A DNA stretch of 64,000 nt from an uncultured Verrucomicrobiae bacterium (lineage in GTDB: Bacteria; Verrucomicrobiota; Verrucomicrobiia; Chthoniobacterales; Chthoniobacteraceae), in contig CAVYKI010000003.1 in NCBI GenBank assembly GCA_963769025.1, positions 160,001 through 224,000 of the forward strand. Direction: 5' to 3'. Each line of letters begins with the position of its first letter. Position 1 is the first letter of the stretch. The translations under genes and the position numbers were made by a program. Positions 42,021 to 51,398 of the stretch are shown piece after piece. The notes under the pieces were generated by a model. That model was not told the origin of the DNA, made no database searches, and worked only from the letters and a program-made list of their open reading frames with translations.

Positions 42021-42811
42021 AGAGCTGGCTCTGGAACGGCAGCGCGTTCGAGCCATCAGCAGGTGTCCCGATTTCCGACCGCGGCTTCCGCCACGGCATG
42101 TCGGTCTTCGAGAGCATGGCGGTGCGGGATGGCGCGATCGAATTCTGGCCGCAGCACCAGCAGCGCGTGCTGACGGCCTGCGGAGAACGCGATTTTCCGA
42201 TGCCGGAGGCGGCGGTCGGCGCAGCGGGTCCGATCCTCGAAAGCGCAGGCATCAACGGATTCGCGCGCATCTACGTCACAGCCGGCGATGGCGGGCCAGC
42301 GTCGCCGGTCACGCAGCCGCGCGTCTTTCTTTTTGTCGAAGCGCGTGAGCCGGAACCCGAGGACTGCTGGGAACTCTGCTTCCACGACGATTTCTACCGC
42401 CCGATGTTTGGCGGGCTGAAGACTGGCAACTACTGGTTCAACACCGACGCGCTGACGCAGGCACGCGAGCGGAAGTTCGACGAGGCGCTGCTTTGCAATG
42501 ACTTCGGCGAACTCGTCTCGTCGTGCTGCGCGAATGTGTTCGTCGTGCAGGGCGACCGCATCCTCACGCCGTCGCGCGCCTCGGGATGCAGGAATGGCGT
42601 CGTCCGCGAGTGGGTCATCAAGCGCCGGAAAGTGGAGGAGCGCCGCCTGCGCCGCGAGGACGCGACGACCGCTGACGAGATTTTCCTGACAAACTCGTGG
42701 ATCGGCGTGATGCCCGTCGCCACGCTCGAAGGCCGCCCGCTCGGGCCACGGAGCATCAGCTCGAAGCTTGCCGCCGAGTTCGCGCAGCGGCGCGAAGGGT
42801 CGAAGGACTAG
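42017..42811 (+). CDS. Aminotransferase class IV (PabC/IlvE-like)
   Basis: DRGFRHGMSVFES, GLKTGNY, DEIFLTNS. Confidence 0.88.
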   Translation: MKSWLWNGSAFEPSAGVPISDRGFRHGMSVFESMAVRDGAIEFWPQHQQRVLTACGERDFPMPEAAVGAAGPILESAGINGFARIYVTAGDGGPASPVTQPRVFLFVEAREPEPEDCWELCFHDDFYRPMFGGLKTGNYWFNTDALTQARERKFDEALLCNDFGELVSSCCANVFVVQGDRILTPSRASGCRNGVVREWVIKRRKVEERRLRREDATTADEIFLTNSWIGVMPVATLEGRPLGPRSISSKLAAEFAQRREGSKD

Positions 42812-42826
42812 CGCGGCGCGGCGCCG

Positions 42827-44089
42827 TCAGAGCTGCGGGAGTTCCTCGCGGCCCATCTCGCGCTCCTCGCGCGTCGCCAGGGTCTTCACTTTCAGCCGCG
42901 GCCATTCATCTCCGACGACCACGGAAAGCCGCGCCCCGAGATTTTCGGCGGCTTGGAATTGCTTGCCGACCTTCGCCGGCGCGAGCGCGAAATCCGTGCG
43001 CTTGCCGGCGTCGCGCAGCTCCTGCACGAGCGCTAGCGCCTGCGGCCGCAGCTCCTCCTTGGCGATGACGACGTAAAGATCGCACGCGTGCTGCGCGGCG
43101 CACCACGCATCGAGCTTCGCCTTCGCTGCCGGGATTTCGTCGAGGAGATTCAGCAGCACCACGTCGCCCATGCCGAAGCCGAGCGCGGGCAGGTCCACCT
43201 TGCCGTCGCTCATCAGCGCCAGCAGCCGGTCGTAACGTCCGCCGCCGGCGAGCGCGCGCTCGTTCTTTGCGCGATCGAAGACCTCGAAGACGACGCCCGT
43301 GTAGTAAGCGAGCCCGCGCACGATGGCGTAGTCCACCTCGACGTATCCGCCGAGCCCGCGCGCCTGCAGGTCGGCTAGGATCGGCGCGAGTTCGGTCGTC
43401 GGTTCCTTGCTGCGCATGAAGCTGAAAAGCGCATCGCCCGTCATCCCGAATTTCGCCAGGGCCGCGTGCGTCTTCTCGGGGCCGGCGCGCTCGGCCTTGT
43501 CCACGATTTGGAAAAACTCGTATTCGTCGTCCGGCGTCAGCGCCGCGCCGTCTGCACGTTTCGCATTCGTCTGGAAAAAATCCTGCCACGCCGTGCGGCT
43601 GGAGAGCCGCACGACGAAATCATTTTCCGTCAGCCCGCACGCGCGGAGCATGTCGATCTGCACGGCGAGCAGCTCGGCATCCGCGGCAGACGATGCTTCG
43701 CCGATGATGTCGCAGTTGAGCTGGTAGAACTCGCGCAGGCGGCCGCGCTGCTGGCGCTCGTGGCGGAAGAAATTCGGGACGCAAAACCACTTGAGCGGCT
43801 TTTTGAAATCACGCTCCCGGGCGGCGACCATGCGGGCGAGCGTCGGTGTCATTTCGGGACGGAGCGCGCCTTTCACCGCGCCGGGCTCGGCGGTCACGCC
43901 GACGGTGAAAAGCTGGCCGACGAGTTCGCCGCCGCTCTTCTTTTCGTAAAGCTCCATGGACTCGACCACCGGGCCGTCGAACTCGACGAAGCCGTAGCGC
44001 CGCGCGACGGCGCGCCACGTTTCGAGCACGTAGTTTCTCCGCGCGCAGTCGGCGGGGTAAAAATCTCGGAAACCGGGAAGCTTGTCCAT
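42827..44089 (-). CDS. hisS: Histidine--tRNA ligase
   Basis: LRPEMTPTLAR, RHERQQRGRLREFYQ, VRGLAYYTG, GGGRYD; C-terminal anticodon-binding domain. Confidence 0.93.
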   Translation of the reverse strand: MDKLPGFRDFYPADCARRNYVLETWRAVARRYGFVEFDGPVVESMELYEKKSGGELVGQLFTVGVTAEPGAVKGALRPEMTPTLARMVAARERDFKKPLKWFCVPNFFRHERQQRGRLREFYQLNCDIIGEASSAADAELLAVQIDMLRACGLTENDFVVRLSSRTAWQDFFQTNAKRADGAALTPDDEYEFFQIVDKAERAGPEKTHAALAKFGMTGDALFSFMRSKEPTTELAPILADLQARGLGGYVEVDYAIVRGLAYYTGVVFEVFDRAKNERALAGGGRYDRLLALMSDGKVDLPALGFGMGDVVLLNLLDEIPAAKAKLDAWCAAQHACDLYVVIAKEELRPQALALVQELRDAGKRTDFALAPAKVGKQFQAAENLGARLSVVVGDEWPRLKVKTLATREEREMGREELPQL

Positions 44090-44200
44090 AATCGTGGGCG
44101 GCGGAGGCTAGGCGGCGCGAACGGGTGCGCAAGGCGGAAGCGGGGCCCGCCGAAGATTCCGCTCCCCTGCGGGCGGGGATTCGTGCTCTTGGTAAGGGCG

Positions 44201-45229
44201 ATGCTCGGCCGCCTCACTCTCCGCCACTTTCGCTGCTTCGAGCAGTTTGAGACGGAGTTTGCGCCGGGGACGAATTTCATCGTGGGGCCGAATGCGCACG
44301 GGAAGACGTCGCTGCTGGAGGCCGCGTGCATCCTGCTACGGCTGCAGTCGCCGCGCATCAGCCAGCTCGCGCGGGTGATTCAGCACGGCCGGCGCGGCTT
44401 CGTGACGGATGGCTACCACGGCGCGCGGCACCTGCAGTTTTACTACAGCCCGCAGAAAAAGAAGATCGCGCTCGACGCCGTGGAGCAGACGAACGCCAAG
44501 GAGTGGCTGCAGATCGGGCGCGTCGTGTGGCTCGGGAATGATGACATCGAACTGGTGCGCGGCTCGGCGGAGAAAAGGCGGCGCTTCCTGGATTTCACCG
44601 GGATGCAGCGCGATGCGGGCTACCGGGCTTCGCTGCGATCGTTCGAGCACGCGCTGCGCTCGCGGAATCACCTGCTGAAGCAGCCTTCGCAGCGGTGGCG
44701 GGAGATCGCGGCGTTCGACCAGCCGCTCATCGAGCACGGCAGCTACGTGAGCGCGGCGCGGCGGAACCTGCTCGCCGAATTGGAGGCGGAGGCGGACGCG
44801 GCGCACTTTGCCATCAGCGGCAAGCGCGAGTCGCTGCGGCTCGAATACGCGGCTGGCGACGGAGGGGATTACGCGGCGGCGCTCGCGACGGCGCAACGCG
44901 AGGATGCGCGGCTGCGGCAGACGACCGTGGGGCCGCACCGTGACGACGTGCGCTTTTTTCTGAACGCCGGCAGCGCCGACGATGCGAGCGAAGGGCAGCA
45001 GCGCACGCTCGTGCTCGCGCTGAAGCTCGGCGCGGCACGGATGCTGGAGCGGCATTTCGGAACGCCGCCCCTGCTGCTGCTGGACGACATTTTCGGCGAA
45101 CTCGATCCGGAGCGCCGCAATGCGCTGCTCGCCGCGCTGCCGGAGAACGCGCAGCGGATCATCACGACGACCCATCTCGGCTGGATGCCGGACGCCGGGA
45201 CCGCGCACGTGCTCCGGCTCGGGCAGTAA
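44201..45229 (+). CDS. recF: DNA replication and repair protein RecF
   Basis: VGPNAHGKTSLLEA, RRRFLD, VGPHRDD, SEGQQR, LLLLDDIFGELD. Confidence 0.93.
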   Translation: MLGRLTLRHFRCFEQFETEFAPGTNFIVGPNAHGKTSLLEAACILLRLQSPRISQLARVIQHGRRGFVTDGYHGARHLQFYYSPQKKKIALDAVEQTNAKEWLQIGRVVWLGNDDIELVRGSAEKRRRFLDFTGMQRDAGYRASLRSFEHALRSRNHLLKQPSQRWREIAAFDQPLIEHGSYVSAARRNLLAELEAEADAAHFAISGKRESLRLEYAAGDGGDYAAALATAQREDARLRQTTVGPHRDDVRFFLNAGSADDASEGQQRTLVLALKLGAARMLERHFGTPPLLLLDDIFGELDPERRNALLAALPENAQRIITTTHLGWMPDAGTAHVLRLGQ

Positions 45230-45286
45230 CGCGGCACTCCCACCGGCGCTATGGACAACCCTGGCGCCGCGTTGTTTAACGGCACC

Positions 45287-46057
45287 ATGACCCTCCGAAC
45301 CTTCCTCCTCACGACCATGCTCGCCGCCTCACTCCCCTCCTTCGCCGCTGAACCGGACACGCGCTGTTTCGAGATGCGCACCTACTACGCGCCCGCCGGG
45401 AAGCTTGACGACCTGCTGGCGCGCTTCCGCGACCACACGGTGAAGCTTTTTGAAAAGCACGGCATCACGAACATCGGCTACTGGGTTCCGCTCGATAACA
45501 AGGACAACAAGCTGGTGTACATCATCGCATTTCCAAATCGCGAGGCACGCGAGGGGAAGGACGGATCATGGAAGGCATTCGCTGCGGACCCGGCGTGGCA
45601 GGAGGCCCGCAAGGCTTCCGAAGTGAACGGGAAACTCGTGGAAAAAGTTGAGTTCGTGTTCCTGACCGCGACGGATTTTTCGCCGGCGATCAAGCCGTCG
45701 GTCGCCGGCCCGCGCGTGTTCGAACTGCGGACTTACACGACGACGCCCGGCAATCTCGGCCGGCTGCAGGGGCGTTTTCGCGATCACACGCTCGCACTAT
45801 TTGCGAAGCATGGGATGACGAACCTCTTCTACTGGACGCCGATGGCCGACCAGAAGGGCGCGGACAATACGCTGGTGTACCTGCTCGCGCACAAGGACGC
45901 CGATGCGGCGAAGGCGTCATTCGGGGCGTTCCGGGCTGACCCGGCGTGGGTCGCCGCGAAGGAGGCGAGCGAAAAGGCGGGCGGCGGATCGCTCACGGTG
46001 CCGGACGGGGTGAAATCGGAGTTCCTGAAGGCGATGGATTTTTCACCGGTCCGGTAG
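45287..46057 (+). CDS. Exported tandem NIPSNAP-domain protein
   Basis: Signal peptide; two repeats of FE(M/L)RTY...RFRDHT..LF.KHG. Confidence 0.88.
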   Translation: MTLRTFLLTTMLAASLPSFAAEPDTRCFEMRTYYAPAGKLDDLLARFRDHTVKLFEKHGITNIGYWVPLDNKDNKLVYIIAFPNREAREGKDGSWKAFAADPAWQEARKASEVNGKLVEKVEFVFLTATDFSPAIKPSVAGPRVFELRTYTTTPGNLGRLQGRFRDHTLALFAKHGMTNLFYWTPMADQKGADNTLVYLLAHKDADAAKASFGAFRADPAWVAAKEASEKAGGGSLTVPDGVKSEFLKAMDFSPVR

Positions 46058-46149
46058 GGCGAGGCGCACGGGGCGGGCGCAGCGCCATTGCGCGACGGCA
46101 GGGCTCTTGCTATACGCATGGCTTTTACAAGCCCCGATCGACCCGACGA

Positions 46150-46479
46150 ATGCCGACCTACGAATACGAATGTGAGAAATGCCAGGGCGCCTTTGAGTGC
46201 GTGCAGTCCATGAAGGACGACCCGTTCAAGACATGCCCGAAGGAACTTTGCCGCATGAAAAAATGGGGCAAGGGCAAGGTGCGGCGGCTCATGGGCACGG
46301 GCGCGGGGCTGATTTTCAAGGGCTCGGGCTTTTACATCACCGACTACCGCTCGGAAGGCTACAAGGCCGCGGCTAAGAAGGACTCCGCGGATTCCACGCC
46401 CGCCAAGCCCGCAGAGAGCAAACCCGCGGAGAGCAAGCCGGCCCCGCCGAGCCCGAAAACTCCAGCAAAGAAACCCTGA
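46150..46479 (+). CDS. FmdB family zinc-ribbon protein
   Basis: MPTYEYECEKC...CP; IFKGSGFYITDY. Confidence 0.9.
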   Translation: MPTYEYECEKCQGAFECVQSMKDDPFKTCPKELCRMKKWGKGKVRRLMGTGAGLIFKGSGFYITDYRSEGYKAAAKKDSADSTPAKPAESKPAESKPAPPSPKTPAKKP

Positions 46480-46507
46480 GCACGACCGCTCCACCATCCC
46501 CTTCCCT

Positions 46508-47278
46508 ATGCAAAAGACCGACCCGCGCAGACTCGTCTGCACCCAGTGCAAACACGAAAACGAAATCGAACGCGTTTACTGCCACAACTGCGGAGAAAAG
46601 CTCGACCGTTCCCTGCTGCCGCAAATCGACGAGGTGAAGTCCGCCGAGGATCAGTCAAAGAACGCCAGGAAAATCAAAAGCATGATGAACCCCAACCGGT
46701 TCGCATTGGCGCGCAGCGTGAAGACGTTCGTCCTCCTCCTCATCTTCGCCGCGCTCGTCGCAGTGGCGTACCTCGCGACCCAGGCTCCTGCAAACGTGCC
46801 GCCGATGAAATCCGATCGCCTGGCGGACATCGAAGTGACCGAGGTGTGGAGCGGGATGATGAACACCCGCCCCGCGGTGTCCGTCGCGCTCAAGGAATTC
46901 GACGTCAACTCTTACCTGCGCAAGACCGTGAAAGGGGCTGACGGGGCGCTCGGGACGAAGTTCGAGCGGGCCTTTGCTCAGTTTGAACCGGGGGTCGTCA
47001 CCGTCGTCACCCAGCGCAACGCGTGGGGATTGCCACTCTACAACAGTGTTTCGTTCAAGCCCGTCCTCGCGGATGGAAAGTGGACCGCGGATGTCCAGAA
47101 GGTCGCCATCGGCAGGCTCATGATCCCCGGCAAGCTGGCGAAGCTGACGAAACTGGACACGGTCGTCCTCAGCCCGTTCTCGAAGGTTTTTGAAAGGGAG
47201 ATCAAACAACTCGATCGCCTGGCCACCATCGAGCCCGGAGAGAATGTGATCTCGCTGGCAACAAAGCCCGCGCAATGA
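46508..47278 (+). CDS. Hypothetical membrane-anchored protein with N-terminal zinc ribbon
   Basis: CTQC...CHNCG followed by one TM helix. Confidence 0.7.
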   Translation: MQKTDPRRLVCTQCKHENEIERVYCHNCGEKLDRSLLPQIDEVKSAEDQSKNARKIKSMMNPNRFALARSVKTFVLLLIFAALVAVAYLATQAPANVPPMKSDRLADIEVTEVWSGMMNTRPAVSVALKEFDVNSYLRKTVKGADGALGTKFERAFAQFEPGVVTVVTQRNAWGLPLYNSVSFKPVLADGKWTADVQKVAIGRLMIPGKLAKLTKLDTVVLSPFSKVFEREIKQLDRLATIEPGENVISLATKPAQ

Positions 47279-48657
47279 CGCCGCGCCCGACGAGGGGCCG
47301 TTTCATTTTTCTGCAGCTCGCGCTGCTGTCCGTGGTGGCAGTCAGCTTCGCCGTGGACCTGAGGCACCGCAGCGTCAGCAGCTCCGGGCAGTTCGTCATC
47401 TACAGCGGTGACCGGGAGCTGCGCGGGCGGGTCGTCGGTTTTGTCGAGGAGATCAAGGCCGGCCTCCTCCGGGAGCTGCGCGAGGGCGACGACTGGAAAT
47501 TCCCGATCGTGGTCGCCATCGAGCCCGACCCGGAGCCGCAGGCGAACATGGCCCCGGTGACGATCACGCTTGTGAGCACCGTGGCCGGGCCCAAGGTGGA
47601 TGTCGCAGTCCGGATCGGCGCCGATCCCACGAAGGTTTTCCTGCAGCGGAACATCGTCCACGCGCTGCTGCTGGAACTGATCTACCGCGAGCGCCCGGCG
47701 TTCAAGGGCGGAGCGCGTTACGCCGAGCCGCCATGGTGGCTGGTGGAGGGATTGCTCCAGCGCATCCGCAGCCGCAGCGGCATGCGCGACCCGGACATTT
47801 TCAAGAGCATCGTGAACACCGAGAAGCTGCCGTCGCTCGAAAAACTGCTCACCCAGCCGCCGCTGCACCTCGACACTGCGGCCGGCGCTGTGGACCGGGC
47901 GAGCGCGCTCGCGCTGGTCGAGGCATTGCTGGCCCTGCCTTCCGGGCCTGCGAATCTCGGGCGCTTCATCCGGGCCTGGCCGGACGCCGGTGCCGATCCG
48001 CTCGCGCTGCTCGCGAAACATTTTCCCACCCTCGGCGCCTCGCCTCAGAGCCTCGTGAAGTGGTGGACGCTGCAGCTCGCAGCGCTCAGCAAATCCGAGA
48101 CGTTGCGCGGTCTCAGCCCGACGCAGGCCGATGCGGAACTCCGCGCATTGCTCACCTTCGAGATCTCCACCGGCAAGCCGCCGCGCGCCGAGCGCTTCGC
48201 GGTGGCGGATTTTGAAAAATACATCAAGCTCCCCGGCGCGCGTCCGGCGCTGCGCATCGCGCAGGTGAAGATCGCCACGCTGAGCACCAAGTCACACCTG
48301 CTTTTCCGGCCCATCGTCTCGGAATACGAGGAAGTGTGCGGCCTCCTCGCCAGCGGCAAGACGGCGGGAATCGCCGAGCGGCTCGCCCGGGCCGACCGGT
48401 TCCGCGCCACAATGCTGCAGCGCTTCGGCGACATCACCGACTACCTGAATTGGTACGAAGCCACGCAGACGCCGGGGAGCACGGGCGAATTCGACAGTTA
48501 CCTGCGCGCCGTCGAGAGGATCGAATCACAGAAGCCGCCCGTCATCCCCGTAAACCCGAAGATCGCCGACTACCTCGATTCGCTGGAACAGGAATTTGCG
48601 CCGCTGCGCCCGAACATGATCCCCGGAACGGATTCCCGCGGGAATGCCGGCCGGTAA
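47275..48657 (+). CDS. Hypothetical exported protein
   Basis: 460-aa ORF with signal-peptide-like start, ATGA overlap with the upstream gene. Confidence 0.7.
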   Translation: MTPRPTRGRFIFLQLALLSVVAVSFAVDLRHRSVSSSGQFVIYSGDRELRGRVVGFVEEIKAGLLRELREGDDWKFPIVVAIEPDPEPQANMAPVTITLVSTVAGPKVDVAVRIGADPTKVFLQRNIVHALLLELIYRERPAFKGGARYAEPPWWLVEGLLQRIRSRSGMRDPDIFKSIVNTEKLPSLEKLLTQPPLHLDTAAGAVDRASALALVEALLALPSGPANLGRFIRAWPDAGADPLALLAKHFPTLGASPQSLVKWWTLQLAALSKSETLRGLSPTQADAELRALLTFEISTGKPPRAERFAVADFEKYIKLPGARPALRIAQVKIATLSTKSHLLFRPIVSEYEEVCGLLASGKTAGIAERLARADRFRATMLQRFGDITDYLNWYEATQTPGSTGEFDSYLRAVERIESQKPPVIPVNPKIADYLDSLEQEFAPLRPNMIPGTDSRGNAGR

Positions 48658-48681
48658 TCCCCCGACCGCCGAACGCGTTCG

Positions 48682-49797
48682 TCACGAACGCACGAACAGC
48701 CAGTAAGCAGTCCCGCTGAGGATGGCCGCGCACGGGAGCGTCAGCAGCCATGAAAGGAGAATGCCCGAAACGACGCGGGGATCGGCCTGCCGCGTCGTGG
48801 CGCCGATGCCGAATAGCGCGCCCACGGAGACGTGGGTCGTCGAGACCGGCATCCCGAACATGCTCGCACCGATCACGAGAATGCCGGTGGCCAGGTTCGC
48901 GGAAAAACCCTGCCCGTGATTCATCGTGGTGATTTTGTGGCTCATGGTCTCCGCGACGCGGCGGGCGCCCAGCACGCCGCCGACAGCGATGGCGAGCGCC
49001 ACCAAAAGCAGGCCCAGCCGGATGTCGAACGCCTGCACGACGAGGAGCAAGGCGGCCATCTTCGGCGTGTCGTTCAGGCCGCGCGCGAAGCTCACGACGC
49101 CCGAGCTGACAAAATGTGCGGCGTCCATCGTCCGCTGGCAGTTCACGCCCAAATACGTGCCGGAGTAGCGCTCCGCGCATTGCTCCTCGCTGTCCATGAC
49201 CAAGGCCAGCCCATCGACGCGCTGCATGGCGAATACCGACGCCGGCTGCGGGATCGGGACGACCCGTTGCTCCGAGCCGATGCAGACGCAGGATTCCTTC
49301 GTGATGCCAAGCCGCAGGCGCACGAAGCGGAGCGCCAGGTAGATCAGCGCGCCGAGCAAGACCGCCAGCACGGGAGCGAGCAGCAACGGCAGAAAAAACT
49401 GCCTGCCGAGAACCGCGAAGCCCACGTGTCCGCCCACCGCAGCCAGACCGCTCCCGACAATGGCCCCAGTGAGGCCATGGGTCGTGGAAATGGGGAACCC
49501 GAAACGGGTGGCGAGGATGACGGTGAAACCGGCACCGAGCGCGACGGCCATGAGGAAAGGTTCCGAGCCCGCGAGCGCATCGGGCACGAGGCCCTTGCCG
49601 GAGAATTTTTTCAGGAGCGCCTGCGCGAGGAAAATGGAGCAAACGGAGCCCGCGAACGTGGTGATGGTGGCCCAGGTGATGGCCGTGCGGTAACCCGTCG
49701 TGCGACTCCCGAACAAGGACGCGACGCCCTTGAAATTATCGTTCGCGCCGTTCGAGAAGGCGAGGAAGGCGACTGCGATGAGGAGGATGATGGTCAT
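48682..49797 (-). CDS. PiT family inorganic phosphate/anion transporter
   Basis: NGAND, GFPISTTH, ARGLNDTPK, GMPVSTTH. Confidence 0.88.
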   Translation of the reverse strand: MTIILLIAVAFLAFSNGANDNFKGVASLFGSRTTGYRTAITWATITTFAGSVCSIFLAQALLKKFSGKGLVPDALAGSEPFLMAVALGAGFTVILATRFGFPISTTHGLTGAIVGSGLAAVGGHVGFAVLGRQFFLPLLLAPVLAVLLGALIYLALRFVRLRLGITKESCVCIGSEQRVVPIPQPASVFAMQRVDGLALVMDSEEQCAERYSGTYLGVNCQRTMDAAHFVSSGVVSFARGLNDTPKMAALLLVVQAFDIRLGLLLVALAIAVGGVLGARRVAETMSHKITTMNHGQGFSANLATGILVIGASMFGMPVSTTHVSVGALFGIGATTRQADPRVVSGILLSWLLTLPCAAILSGTAYWLFVRS

Positions 49798-49986
49798 TGG
49801 GGAGACGCGGCCATTCAGGCTGGCCGAGGCGCTGCTACACGGGACGTGCGGCTGATACACTGGAATCCGAAAGCATGCATGCGACTTCGATTTCTCATGA
49901 ATGACACTTGAGCGCCATCTGTTTGTAACATGGGGGTGCCAGATTCACGCCGCACTCAAAACCACCTGTCACACAAAACTCCACTT

Positions 49987-51222
49987 ATGCTCAAAACCAC
50001 GCTTTCGCTGAGCCTCGCCTTCACCGCCGCCGCATTCGCCGGTCCGGCCCAGGTCACCAAGACCGAGGCCAAGGAAAAATCCGTTTACGATTCCATCTGG
50101 GATTCGCTGACGCTTTACAAAAACAAGGACGGCCTTTTCCTGAATGAATTCCGCATCACTGGCCGCGCGCACTTCGATTCATATTACACGGACTCGAACC
50201 TCGGCTGGGATCAGGACTGGACCGTGCGGCGCCTGCGCATCGGCGGAAAGGCCACGTTCTTCCAGAAGCTCGACATCCACGTGGAGGCCGACCTGGCCCC
50301 GCAGAACCTCGGCGGCGCGCTCTTCGTGGACGACCCGGTTTACCAGAAGCTCACGGATGCCTACGTGTCCTACAAGTTCAGCGATGCGCTGAAGCTGACG
50401 GTCGGCAAGCAGTCCGTGAAGTACACGCTCGATGGCGGCACTTCGTCGAACGAACTCATCACGATCGACCGCAACAACCTGGCGAACAACCTGTGGTTCA
50501 CGACCGAGTACATCAGCGGCGTGAGCGCGAGCGGAAAGCTGGGCAACTGGCAGTACAACACCGGCATCTTCTCCGGCGGCTCGATCTACGCGTCGCAGAG
50601 CGGATTTGCCAACAGCTCGAAGGAGTTCGGCAATTTCAACGGCGGCAACTTCTGGCTCGGCAGCGTCGGCTACGATTTCGCGAAGGCGCTGAACGTGAAG
50701 AAGGCGCTGCTGCGCGCGGACTTCGTCTATAACGACCCGAGCCCGCAGAGCAACGCGACGAAGAACTTCTCGCAAATCGGTTCGCTGACCTTCCAGTACG
50801 ACACCGGGCGCTGGGGCTTCTCGACGGATCTCGCGGCCGGCAACGGCTCGCTCGGGCAGAGCGACATGTGGGGCTTTGTGGCGATGCCGTGGTTTAACAT
50901 CACCGAGAAGCTGCAGGTCGTCGGCCGCTACACCTACATGTCCAGCGACAGCGCGGACGGGATCAGCTTCAACCGCTACGAAAATACGATGGCTGTGAAT
51001 ACGAACGCGAACGGCACATTCCGGACGAACGCGCTCGGCAGGGTGAGCTCGCAGCGCGGCGACGAATACAACGAGCTCTATGTCGGGCTGAACTACTTCC
51101 TCTACGGCCACAAGCTGAAGCTCCAGACCGGCTGGAACTACGCCTGGATGGGCGACAGCGCGAACAACGGCGGCAAGTACGCCGGCTGGACGTGGACGAC
51201 CGGGCTCCGCGTGAGCTGGTAA
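49987..51222 (+). CDS. Phosphate-selective porin (OprO/OprP-like)
   Basis: Signal peptide; VRRLRIG, LTDAYV, VGLNYFLYGHKLKLQ; C-terminal W; heads the pho operon. Confidence 0.8.
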   Translation: MLKTTLSLSLAFTAAAFAGPAQVTKTEAKEKSVYDSIWDSLTLYKNKDGLFLNEFRITGRAHFDSYYTDSNLGWDQDWTVRRLRIGGKATFFQKLDIHVEADLAPQNLGGALFVDDPVYQKLTDAYVSYKFSDALKLTVGKQSVKYTLDGGTSSNELITIDRNNLANNLWFTTEYISGVSASGKLGNWQYNTGIFSGGSIYASQSGFANSSKEFGNFNGGNFWLGSVGYDFAKALNVKKALLRADFVYNDPSPQSNATKNFSQIGSLTFQYDTGRWGFSTDLAAGNGSLGQSDMWGFVAMPWFNITEKLQVVGRYTYMSSDSADGISFNRYENTMAVNTNANGTFRTNALGRVSSQRGDEYNELYVGLNYFLYGHKLKLQTGWNYAWMGDSANNGGKYAGWTWTTGLRVSW

Positions 51223-51323
51223 TTTACGGGGTGCGGGATTCGCGCAGCCGCCGTTCGACCCGGCGCCGCCGAAACCGCACCTGTCCGTTCTCCGCTGTTG
51301 AACTCCACGACTGAAAGATTGCA

Positions 51324-51363
51324 GTGTCACAAGATTGGCTCCCGACTGCCACACAATCGTAAC
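51324..51363 (+). promoter_or_regulatory. Pho-box-like direct-repeat array upstream of phoU-pst
   Basis: 11-bp period: GTGTCAC aaga TTGGCTC ccga CTGCCAC acaa TCGTAAC. Confidence 0.55.
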
Positions 51364-51398
51364 ATTCGTCCCGCAACCTCTCACCTTTCCAAAGCCTG

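Noticed and set aside
42827..44089. HisZ (ATP-PRT regulatory subunit)
   Set aside because: It keeps RGLAYY and the C-terminal anticodon-binding domain, consistent with HisS.
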